DNA of 64,000 nt, from positions 5,580,001 through 5,644,000 of the forward strand of contig OZ024759.1 of NCBI GenBank assembly GCA_964016885.1, given 5' to 3'. Every line of letters starts with the position of its first letter. The first letter of the stretch is position 1. The stretch comes from Eledone cirrhosa. Taxonomy: Eukaryota. Positions 44,396 through 56,400 of the stretch are shown one piece after another. A model generated the notes under the pieces. That model saw only the letters and a program-made list of their open reading frames with translations. It did no database searches and was not told the origin of the DNA. The position numbers and the translations under genes were made by a program.

Positions 44396-47300
44396 ATTTA
44401 AGTCATGGTATTAGCTGTCAGAAGTAACTCCATTGTTGGTGAGAATTCATTTAAGTCATGGTACTAGCTGTCAGAAATAACTCCACTGTTGGTGAGAATT
44501 CATTTAAGTTCATGGTATTAGTTTGTCAGAAGTAACTCCACTGTTGGTGAGAATTCATTTAAGTCATGGTATTAGTTGTCAGAAGTAACTCCAATGTTGG
44601 TGAGAATTCATTTAAGTTCATGGTACTAGCTGTCAGAAGTAACTCCATTGTTGGTGAGAATTCATTTAAGTTCATGGTACTAGCTGTCAGAAGTAACTCC
44701 ACTGTTGGTGAGAATTCATTTAAGTTCATGGTATTAGTTTGTCAGAAGTAACTCCACTGTTGGTGAGAATTCATTTAAGTTCATGGTATTAGCTGTCAGA
44801 AGTCACTCCACTGTTGGTGAGAATTCATTTAAGTTCATGGTACTAGCTGTCAGAAGTAACCCCAATATTGGTGAGAATTCATTTAAGTTCATGGTATTAG
44901 CTGTCAGAAGTCACTCCAATGTTGGTGAGAATTCATTTAAGTTCATGGTATTAGCTGTCAGAAGTAACTCCACTGTTGGTGAGAATTCATTTAAGTTCAT
45001 GGTACTAGCTGTCAGAAGTAACTCCAATGTTGGTGAGAATTCATTTAAGTTCATGGTATTAGCTGTCAGAAGTAACTCCACTGTTGGTGAGAATTCATTT
45101 AAGTCATGGTATTAGTTTGTCAGAAGTAACTCCACTGTTGGTGAGAATTCATTTAAGTCATGGTATTAGTTGTCAGAAGTAACTCCAATGTTGGTGAGAA
45201 TTCATTTAAGTTCATGGTACTAGCTGTCAGAAGTAACTCCATTGTTGGTGAGAATTCATTTAAGTTCATGGTATTAGCTGTCAGAAGTAACTCCACTGTT
45301 GGTGAGAATTCATTTAAGTTCATGGTACTAGCTGTCAGAAGTAACTCCACTGTTGGTGAGAATTCATTTAAGTGTCATGGTATTAGCTGTCAGAAGTAAC
45401 TCCAATGTTGGTGAGAATTCATTTAAGTTCATGGTATTAGCTGTCAGAAGTAACTCCACTGTTGGTGAGAATTCATTTAAGTTCATGGTATTAGCTGTCA
45501 GAAGTAACTCCACTGTTGGTGAGAATTCATTTAAGTTCATGGTACTAGCTGTCAGAAGTAACTCCACTGTTGGTGAGAATTCATTTAAGTTCATGGTATT
45601 AGTTTGTGAGAAGTAACTCCACTGTTGGTGAGAATTCATTTAAGTCATGGTATTAGCTGTCAGAAGTAACTCCAATGTTGGTGAGAATTCATTTAAGTTC
45701 ATGGTATTAGCTTTCAGAAGTAACTCCACTGTTGGTGAGAATTCATTTAAGTTCATGGTATTAGCTGTCAGAAGTAACTCCACTGTTGGTGAGAATTCAT
45801 TTAAGTTCATGGTACTAGCTGTCAGAAGTAACTCCACTGTTGGTGAGAATTCATTTAAGTTCATGGTATTAGTTTGTCAGAAGTAACTCCACTGTTGGTG
45901 AGAATTCATTTAAGTCATGGTACTAGCTGTCAGAAGTAACTCCACTGTTGGTGAGAATTCATTTAAGTTCATGGTATTAGCTGTCAGAAGGAACGCCACT
46001 GTTGGTGAGAATTCATTTAAGTTCATGGTATTAGCTGTCAGAAGTAACTCCACTGTTGGTGAGAATTCATTTAAGTTCATGGTACTAGCTGTCAGAAGTA
46101 ACTCCAATGTTGGTGGGAATTCATTTAAGTTCATGGTATTAGCTGTCAGAAGGAACTCCACTGTTGGTGAGAATTCATTTAAGTTCATGGTATTAGCTGT
46201 CAGAAGTAACTTCACTGTTGGTGAGAATTCATTTAAGTTCATGGTACTAGCTGTCAGAATTAACTCCACTGTTGGTGAGAATTCATTTAAGTTCATGGTA
46301 TTAGCTGTCAGAAGTCACTCCAATGTTGGTGAGAATTCATTTAAGTTCATGGTATTAGCTGTCAGAAGTAACTCCACTGTTGGTGAGAATTCATTTAAGT
46401 TCATGGTATTAGCTGTCAGAAGTAACTCCACTGTTGGTGAGAATTCTTTTAAGTTCATGGTATTAGCTGTCAGAAGTAACTCCACTGTTGGTGAGAATTC
46501 ATTTAAGTTCATGGTACTAGCTGTCAGAAGTAACTCCAATGTTGGTGAGAATTCATTTAAGTTCATGGTATTAGCTGTCAGAAGGAACTCCACTGTTGGT
46601 GAGAATTCATTTAAGTTCATGGTATTAGCTGTCAGAAGTAACTCCACTGTTGGTGAGAATTCATTTAAGTTCATGGTACTAGCTGTCAGAAGTAACTCCA
46701 ATGTTGGTGAGAATTCATTTAAGTTCATGGTACTAGCTGTCAGAAGTAACTCCACTGTTGGTGAGAATTCATTTAAGTTCATGGTATTAGTTTGTGAGAA
46801 GTAACTCCACTGTTGGTGAGAATTCATTTAAGTCATGGTATTAGCTGTCAGAAGTAACTCCAATGTTGGTGAGAATTCATTTAAGTTCATGGTATTAGCT
46901 TTCAGAAGTAACTCCACTGTTGGTGAGAATTCATTTAAGTTCATGGTATTAGCTGTCAGAAGTAACTCCACTGTTGGTGAGAATTCATTTAAGTTCATGG
47001 TACTAGCTGTCAGAAGTAACTCCACTGTTGGTGAGAATTCATTTAAGTTCATGGTATTAGTTTGTCAGAAGTAACTCCACTGTTGGTGAGAATTCATTTA
47101 AGTCATGGTACTAGCTGTCAGAAGTAACTCCACTGTTGGTGAGAATTCATTTAAGTTCATGGTATTAGCTGTCAGAAGGAACGCCACTGTTGGTGAGAAT
47201 TCATTTAAGTTCATGGTATTAGCTGTCAGAAGTAACTCCACTGTTGGTGAGAATTCATTTAAGTTCATGGTACTAGCTGTCAGAAGTAACTCCAATGTTG

Positions 47301-50300
47301 GTGGGAATTCATTTAAGTTCATGGTATTAGCTGTCAGAAGGAACTCCACTGTTGGTGAGAATTCATTTAAGTTCATGGTATTAGCTGTCAGAAGTAACTT
47401 CACTGTTGGTGAGAATTCATTTAAGTTCATGGTACTAGCTGTCAGAATTAACTCCACTGTTGGTGAGAATTCATTTAAGTTCATGGTATTAGCTGTCAGA
47501 AGTCACTCCAATGTTGGTGAGAATTCATTTAAGTTCATGGTATTAGCTGTCAGAAGTAACTCCACTGTTGGTGAGAATTCATTTAAGTTCATGGTATTAG
47601 CTGTCAGAAGTAACTCCACTGTTGGTGAGAATTCTTTTAAGTTCATGGTATTAGCTGTCAGAAGTAACTCCACTGTTGGTGAGAATTCATTTAAGTTCAT
47701 GGTACTAGCTGTCAGAAGTAACTCCAATGTTGGTGAGAATTCATTTAAGTTCATGGTATTAGCTGTCAGAAGGAACTCCACTGTTGGTGAGAATTCATTT
47801 AAGTTCATGGTATTAGCTGTCAGAAGTAACTCCACTGTTGGTGAGAATTCATTTAAGTTCATGGTACTAGCTGTCAGAAGTAACTCCAATGTTGGTGAGA
47901 ATTCATTTAAGTTCATGGTATTAGCTGTCAGAAGTAACTCCACTGTTGGTGAGAATTCATTTAAGTCATGGTATTAGCTGTCAGAAGTAACTCCAATGTT
48001 GGTGAGAATTCATTTAAGTTCATGGTATTAGCTGTCAGAAGTAACTCCACTGTTGGTGAGAATTCATTTAAGTTCATGGTATTAGCTGTCAGAAGTAACT
48101 CCACTGTTGGTGAGAATTCATTTAAGTTCATGGTACTAGCTGTCAGAAGTAACTCCAATGTTGGTGAGAATTCATTTAAGTTCATGGTATTAGCTGTCAG
48201 AATTAACTCCACTGTTGGTGAGAATTCATTTAAGTTCATGGTATTAGCTGTCAGAAGGAACTCCAATGTTGGTGAGAATTCATTTAAGTCATGGTACTAG
48301 CTGTCAGAAGAAACTCCACTGTTGGTGAGAATTCATTTAAGTTCATGGTATTAGCTGTCAGAAGGAACGCCACTGTTGGTGAGAATTCATTTAAGTTCAT
48401 GGTATTAGCTGTCAGAAGTAACTCCACTGTTGGTGAGAATTCATTTAAGTTCATGGTACTAGCTGTCAGAAGTAACTCCAATGTTGGTGAGAATTCATTT
48501 AAGTCATGGTACTAGCTGTCAGAAGTAACTCCACTGTTGGTGAGAATTCATTTAAGTTCATGGTATTAGTTTGTCAGAAGTAACTCCACTGTTGGTGAGA
48601 ATTCATTTAAGTCATGGTATTAGTTGTCAGAAGTAACTCCAATGTTGGTGAGAATTCATTTAAGTTCATGGTATTAGCTGTCAGAAGTAACTCCACTGTT
48701 GGTGAGAATTCATTTAAGTTCATGGTACTAGCTGTCAGAAGTAACTCCACTGTTGGTGAGAATTCATTTAAGTTCATGGTATTAGTTTGTCAGAAGTAAC
48801 TCCACTGTTGGTGAGAATTCATTTAAGTCATGGTACTAGCTGTCAGATGTAACTCCAATGTTGGTGAGAATTCATTTAAGTTCATGGTATTAGCTGTCAG
48901 AAGTAACTCCACTGTTGGTGAGAATTCATTTAAGTTCATGGTACTAGCTGTCAGAAGTAACTCCAATGTTGGTGAGAATTCATTTAAGTTCATGGTATTA
49001 GCTGTCAGAAGTAACTCCACTGTTGGTGAGAATTCATTTAAGTCATGGTATTAGCTGTCAGAAGTAACTCCAATGTTGGTGAGAATTCATTTAAGTTCAT
49101 GGTATTAGCTGTCAGAAGTAACTCCACTGTTGGTGAGAATTCATTTAAGTTCATGGTATTAGCTGTCAGAAGTAACCCCACTGTTGGTGAGAATTCATTT
49201 AAGTTCATGGTACTAGCTGTCAGAAGTAACTCCACTGTTGGTGAGAATTCATTTAAGTTTATGGTATTAGCTGTCAGAAGTAACTCCAATGTTGGTGAGA
49301 ATTCATTTAAGTTCATGGTATTAGCTGTCAGAAGTAACTCCAATGTTGGTGAGAATTCATTTAAGTTCATGTTATTAGCTGTCAGAAGTAACTCCACTGT
49401 TGGTGAGAATTCATTTAAGTTCATGGTACTAGCTGTCAGAAGTAACTCCACTGTTGGTGAGAATTCATTTAAGTTCATGGTATTAGTTTGTCAGAAGTAA
49501 CTCCACTGTTGGTGAGAATTCATTTAAGTCATGGTATTAGCTGTCAGAAGTAACTCCAATGTTGGTGAGAATTCATTTAATTTCATGGTATTAGCTGTCA
49601 GAAGTAACTCCACTGTTGGTGAGAATTCATTTAAGTTCATGGTATTAGCTGTCAGAAGTAACTCCACTGTTGGTGAGAATTCATTTAAGTTCATGGTACT
49701 AGCTGTCAGAAGTAACTCCACTGTTGGTGAGAATTCATTTAAGTTCATGGTATTAGTTTGTCAGAAGTAACTCCACTGTTGGTGAGAATTCATTTAAGTC
49801 ATGGTATTAGTTGTCAGAAGTAACTCCAATGTTGGTGAGAATTCATTTAAGTTCATGGTATTAGCTGTCAGAAGTAACTCCAATGTTGGTGAGAATTCAT
49901 TTAAGTTCATGGTATTAGCTGTCAGAAGTAACTCCACTGTTGGTGAGAATTCATTTAAGTCATGGTATTAGCTGTCAGAAGTAACTCCATTGTTGGTGAG
50001 AATTCATTTAAGTCATGGTACTAGCTGTCAGAAATAACTCCACTGTTGGTGAGAATTCATTTAAGTTCATGGTATTAGTTTGTCAGAAGTAACTCCACTG
50101 TTGGTGAGAATTCATTTAAGTCATGGTATTAGTTGTCAGAAGTAACTCCAATGTTGGTGAGAATTCATTTAAGTTCATGGTACTAGCTGTCAGAAGTAAC
50201 TCCATTGTTGGTGAGAATTCATTTAAGTTCATGGTACTAGCTGTCAGAAGTAACTCCACTGTTGGTGAGAATTCATTTAAGTTCATGGTATTAGTTTGTC

Positions 50301-53300
50301 AGAAGTAACTCCACTGTTGGTGAGAATTCATTTAAGTTCATGGTATTAGCTGTCAGAAGTCACTCCACTGTTGGTGAGAATTCATTTAAGTTCATGGTAC
50401 TAGCTGTCAGAAGTAACCCCAATATTGGTGAGAATTCATTTAAGTTCATGGTATTAGCTGTCAGAAGTCACTCCAATGTTGGTGAGAATTCATTTAAGTT
50501 CATGGTATTAGCTGTCAGAAGTAACTCCACTGTTGGTGAGAATTCATTTAAGTTCATGGTATTAGCTGTCAGAAGTAACTCCACTGTTGGTGAGAATTCA
50601 TTTAAGTTCATGGTATTAGCTGTCAGAAGTAACTCCACTGTTGGTGAGAATTCATTTAAGTTCATGGTACTAGCTGTCAGAAGTAACTCCAATGTTGGTG
50701 AGAATTCATTTAAGTTCATGGTATTAGCTGTCAGAAGGAACTCCACTGTTGGTGAGAATTCATTTAAGTTCATGGTATTAGCTGTCAGAAGTAACTCCAC
50801 TGTTGGTGAGAATTCATTTAAGTTCATGGTACTAGCTGTCAGAAGTAACTCCAATGTTGGTGAGAATTCATTTAAGTTCATGGTATTAGCTGTCAGAAGT
50901 AACTCCACTGTTGGTGAGAATTCATTTAAGTCATGGTATTAGTTTGTCAGAAGTAACTCCACTGTTGGTGAGAATTCATTTAAGTCATGGTATTAGTTGT
51001 CAGAAGTAACTCCAATGTTGGTGAGAATTCATTTAAGTTCATGGTACTAGCTGTCAGAAGTAACTACATTGTTGGTGAGAATTCATTTAAGTTCATGGTA
51101 CTAGCTGTCAGAAGTAACTCCACTGTTGGTGAGAATTCATTTAAGTTCATGGTATTAGTTTGTCAGAAGTAACTCCACTGTTGGTGAGAATTCATTTAAG
51201 TCATGGTATTAGTTGTCAGAAGTAACTCCAATGTTGGTGAGAATTCATTTAAGTTCATGGTATTAGCTGTCAGAAGTAACTCCAATGTTGGTGAGAATTC
51301 ATTTAAGTTCATGGTATTAGCTGTCAGAAGTAACTCCACTGTTGGTGAGAATTCATTTAAGTCATGGTATTAGCTGTCAGAAGTAACTCCATTGTTGGTG
51401 AGAATTCATTTAAGTCATGGTACTAGCTGTCAGAAATAACTCCACTGTTGGTGAGAATTCATTTAAGTTCATGGTATTAGTTTGTCAGAAGTAACTCCAC
51501 TGTTGGTGAGAATTCATTTAAGTCATGGTATTAGTTGTCAGAAGTAACTCCAATGTTGGTGAGAATTCATTTAAGTTCATGGTACTAGCTGTCAGAAGTA
51601 ACTCCATTGTTGGTGAGAATTCATTTAAGTTCATGGTACTAGCTGTCAGAAGTAACTCCACTGTTGGTGAGAATTCATTTAAGTTCATGGTATTAGTTTG
51701 TCAGAAGTAACTCCACTGTTGGTGAGAATTCATTTAAGTTCATGGTATTAGCTGTCAGAAGTCACTCCACTGTTGGTGAGAATTCATTTAAGTTCATGGT
51801 ACTAGCTGTCAGAAGTAACCCCAATATTGGTGAGAATTCATTTAAGTTCATGGTATTAGCTGTCAGAAGTCACTCCAATGTTGGTGAGAATTCATTTAAG
51901 TTCATGGTATTAGCTGTCAGAAGTAACTCCACTGTTGGTGAGAATTCATTTAAGTTCATGGTATTAGCTGTCAGAAGTAACTCCACTGTTGGTGAGAATT
52001 CATTTAAGTTCATGGTATTAGCTGTCAGAAGTAACTCCACTGTTGGTGAGAATTCATTTAAGTTCATGGTACTAGCTGTCAGAAGTAACTCCAATGTTGG
52101 TGAGAATTCATTTAAGTTCATGGTATTAGCTGTCAGAAGGAACTCCACTGTTGGTGAGAATTCATTTAAGTTCATGGTATTAGCTGTCAGAAGTAACTCC
52201 ACTGTTGGTGAGAATTCATTTAAGTTCATGGTACTAGCTGTCAGAAGTAACTCCAATGTTGGTGAGAATTCATTTAAGTTCATGGTATTAGCTGTCAGAA
52301 GTAACTCCACTGTTGGTGAGAATTCATTTAAGTCATGGTATTAGTTTGTCAGAAGTAACTCCACTGTTGGTGAGAATTCATTTAAGTCATGGTATTAGTT
52401 GTCAGAAGTAACTCCAATGTTGGTGAGAATTCATTTAAGTTCATGGTACTAGCTGTCAGAAGTAACTACATTGTTGGTGAGAATTCATTTAAGTTCATGG
52501 TATTAGCTGTCAGAAGTAACTCCACTGTTGGTGAGAATTCATTTAAGTTCATGGTACTAGCTGTCAGAAGTAACTCCACTGTTGGTGAGAATTCATTTAA
52601 GTGTCATGGTATTAGCTGTCAGAAGTAACTCCAATGTTGGTGAGAATTCATTTAAGTTCATGGTATTAGCTGTCAGAAGTAACTCCACTGTTGGTGAGAA
52701 TTCATTTAAGTTCATGGTATTAGCTGTCAGAAGTAACTCCACTGTTGGTGAGAATTCATTTAAGTTCATGGTATTAGTTTGTCAGAAGTAACTCCACTGT
52801 TGGTGAGAATTCATTTAAGTCATGGTACTAGCTGTCAGAAGTAACTCCACTGTTGGTGAGAATTCATTTAAGTTCATGGTATTAGCTGTCAGAAGGAACG
52901 CCACTGTTGGTGAGAATTCATTTAAGTTCATGGTATTAGCTGTCAGAAGTAACTCCACTGTTGGTGAGAATTCATTTAAGTTCATGGTACTAGCTGTCAG
53001 AAGTAACTCCAATGTTGGTGGGAATTCATTTAAGTTCATGGTATTAGCTGTCAGAAGGAACTCCACTGTTGGTGAGAATTCATTTAAGTTCATGGTATTA
53101 GCTCTCAGAAGTAACTTCACTGTTGGTGAGAATTCATTTAAGTTCATGGTACTAGCTGTCAGAATTAACTCCACTGTTGGTGAGAATTCATTTAAGTTCA
53201 TGGTATTAGCTGTCAGAAGTCACTCCAATGTTGGTGAGAATTCATTTAAGTTCATGGTATTAGCTGTCAGAAGTAACTCCACTGTTGGTGAGAATTCATT

Positions 53301-53400
53301 TAAGTTCATGGTATTAGCTGTCAGAAGTAACTCCACTGTTGGTGAGAATTCATTTAAGTTCATGGTATTAGCTGTCAGAAGTAACTCCACTGTTGGTGAG

Positions 53401-56400
53401 AATTCATTTAAGTTCATGGTACTAGCTGTCAGAAGTAACTCCAATGTTGGTGAGAATTCATTTAAGTTCATGGTATTAGCTGTCAGAAGTAACTCCACTG
53501 TTGGTGAGAATTCATTTAAGTCATGGTATTAGCCGTCAGAAGTAACTCCAATGTTGGTGAGAATTCATTTAAGTTCATGGTATTAGCTGTCAGAAGGAAC
53601 GCCACTGTTGGTGAGAATTCATTTAAGTTCATGGTATTAGCTGTCAGAAGTAACTGCACTGTTGGTGAGAATTCATTTAAGTTCATGGTACTAGCTGTCA
53701 GAAGTAACTCCACTGTTGGTGAGAATTTATTTAAGTTCATGGTATTAGCTGTCAGAAGGAACTCCACTGTTGGTGAGAATTCATTTAAGTTCATGGTATT
53801 AGCTGTCAGAACGAACTCCACTGTTGGTGAGAATTCATTTAAGTTCATGGTATTAGCTGTCAGAAGTAACTCCACTGTTGGTGAGAATTCATTTAAGTTC
53901 ATGGTATTAGCTGTCAGAAGTAACTCCACTGTTGGTGAGAATTCATTTAAGTCATGGTATTAGCCGTCAGAAGTAACTCCAATGTTGGTGAGAATTCATT
54001 TAAGTTCATGGTATTAGCAGTCAGAAGTAACTCCACTGTTGGTGAGAATTCATTTAAGTTCATGGTATTAGCTGTCAGAAGTAACTCCACTGTTGGTGAG
54101 AATTCATTTAAGTTCATGGTACTAGCTGTCAGAAGTAACTCCACTGTTGGTGAGAATTCATTTAAGTTCATGGTATTAGTTTGTCAGAAGTAACTCCACT
54201 GTTGGTGAGAATTCATTTAAGTCATGGTATTAGTTGTCAGAAGTAACTCCAATGTTGGTGAGAATTCATTTAAGTTCATGTTATTAGCTGTCAGAAGTAA
54301 CTCCACTGTTGGTGAGAATTCATTTAAGTTCATGGTACTAGCTGTCAGAAGTAACTCCAATGTTGGTGAGAATTCATTTAAGTTCATGGTATTAGCTGTC
54401 AGAAGGAACTCCACTGTTGGTGAGAATTCATTTAAGTTCATGGTATTAGCTGTCAGAAGTAACTCCACTGTTGGTGAGAATTCATTTAAGTTCATGGTAT
54501 TAGCTGTCAGAAGTAACTCCACTGTTGGTGAGAATTCATTTAAGTCATGGTATTAGCCGTCAGAAGTAACTCCAATGTTGGTGAGAATTCATTTAAGTTC
54601 ATGGTATTAGCTGTCAGAAGTAACTCCACTGTTGGTGAGAATTCATTTAAGTTCATGGTATTAGCTGTCAGAAGTAACTCCACTGTTGGTGAGAATTCAT
54701 TTAAGTTCATGGTATTAGTTTGTCAGAAGTAACTCCACTGTTGGTGAGAATTCATTTAAGTCATGGTATTAGTTGTCAGAAGTAACTCCAATGTTGGTGA
54801 GAATTCATTTAAGTTCATGGTATTAGCTGTCAGAAGTAACTCCACTGTTGGTGAAAATTCATTTAAGTTCATGGTATTAGCTGTCAGAAGGAACTCCAAT
54901 GTTGGTGAGAATTCATTTAAGTCATGGTACTAGCTGTCAGAAGTAACTCCACTGTTGGTGAGAATTCATTTAAGTTCATGGTATTAGCTGTCAGAAGTAA
55001 CTCCACTGTTGGTGAGAATTCATTTAAGTTCATGGTATTAGCTGTCAGAAGTAACTCCACTGTTGGTGAGAATTCATTTAAGTTCATGGTATTAGTTTGT
55101 CAGAAGTAACTCCACTGTTGGTGAGAATTCATTTAAGTCATGGTATTAGTTGTCAGAAGTAACTCCAATGTTGGTGAGAATTCATTTAAGTTCATGGTAT
55201 TAGCTGTCAGAAGTAACTCCACTGTTGGTGAGAATTCATTTAAGTTCATGGTATTAGCTGTCAGAAGGAACTCCAATGTTGGTGAGAATTCATTTAAGTC
55301 ATGGTACTAGCTGTCAGAAGTAACTCCACTGTTGGTGAGAATTCATTTAAGTTCATGGTATTAGCTGTCAGAAGGAACGCCACTGTTGGTGAGAATTCAT
55401 TTAAGTTCATGGTATTAGCTGTCAGAAGTAACTCCACTGTTGGTGAGAATTCATTTAAGTTCATGGTACTAGCTGTCAGAAGTAACTCCAATGTTGGTGA
55501 GAATTCATTTAAGTTCATGGTATTAGCAGTCAGAAGGAACTCCACTGTTGGTGAGAATTCATTTAAGTTCATGGTATTAGCTGTCAGAAGTAACTCCACT
55601 GTTGGTGAGAATTCATTTAAGTCATGGTATTAGCTGTCAGAAGTAACTCCATTGTTGGTGAGAATTCATTTAAGTCATGGTACTAGCTGTCAGAAGTAAC
55701 TCCACTGTTGGTGAGAATTCATTTAAGTTCATGGTATTAGTTTGTCAGAAGTAACTCCACTGTTGGTGAGAATTCATTTAAGTCATGGTATTAGTTGTCA
55801 GAAGTAACTCCAATGTTGGTGAGAATTCATTTAAGTTCATGGTACTAGCTGTCAGAAGTAACTCCATTGTTGGTGAGAATTCATTTAAGTTCATGGTACT
55901 AGCTGTCAGAAGTAACTCCACTGTTGGTGAGAATTCATTTAAGTTCATGGTATTAGTTTGTCAGAAGTAACTCCACTGTTGGTGAGAATTCATTTAAGTC
56001 ATGGTACTAGCTGTCAGAAGTAACTCCAATGTTGGTGAGAATTCATTTAAGTTCATGGTATTAGCTGTCAGAAGTAACTCCACTGTTGGTGAGAATTCAT
56101 TTAAGTTCATGGTACTAGCTGTCAGAAGTAACTCCAATGTTGGTGAGAATTCATTTAAGTTCATGGTATTAGCTGTCAGAAGTAACTCCACTGTTGGTGA
56201 GAATTCATTTAAGTCATGGTATTAGATGTCAGAAGTAACTCCAATGTTGCTGAGAATTCATTTAAGTTCATGGTATTAGCTGTCAGAAGTAACTCCACTG
56301 TTGGTGAGAATTCATTTAAGTTCATGGTACTAGCTGTCAGAAGTAACTACACTGTTGGTGAGAATTCATTTAAGTTCATGGTATTAGCTGTCAGAAGTAA

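Larger units (their letters stand above)
1..53400. repeat. Left sub-array (domain A), built from full and rearranged copies of a ~4.6-kb higher-order repeat
   Basis: Seen in sequence: diagnostic variants found only here are AACCCCAATATTGG (18 copies, ~1.75-51.8 kb), GTCAGATGTAAC (8 copies), AAGTGTCATG (10 copies), AGAAGTCAC, AGAATTAAC, AGAAATAAC, TTTAATTTC, GCTTTCAG, TTTGTGAGAAG and GGTGGGAATTC. They recur in a largely conserved order. Confidence 0.9.
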
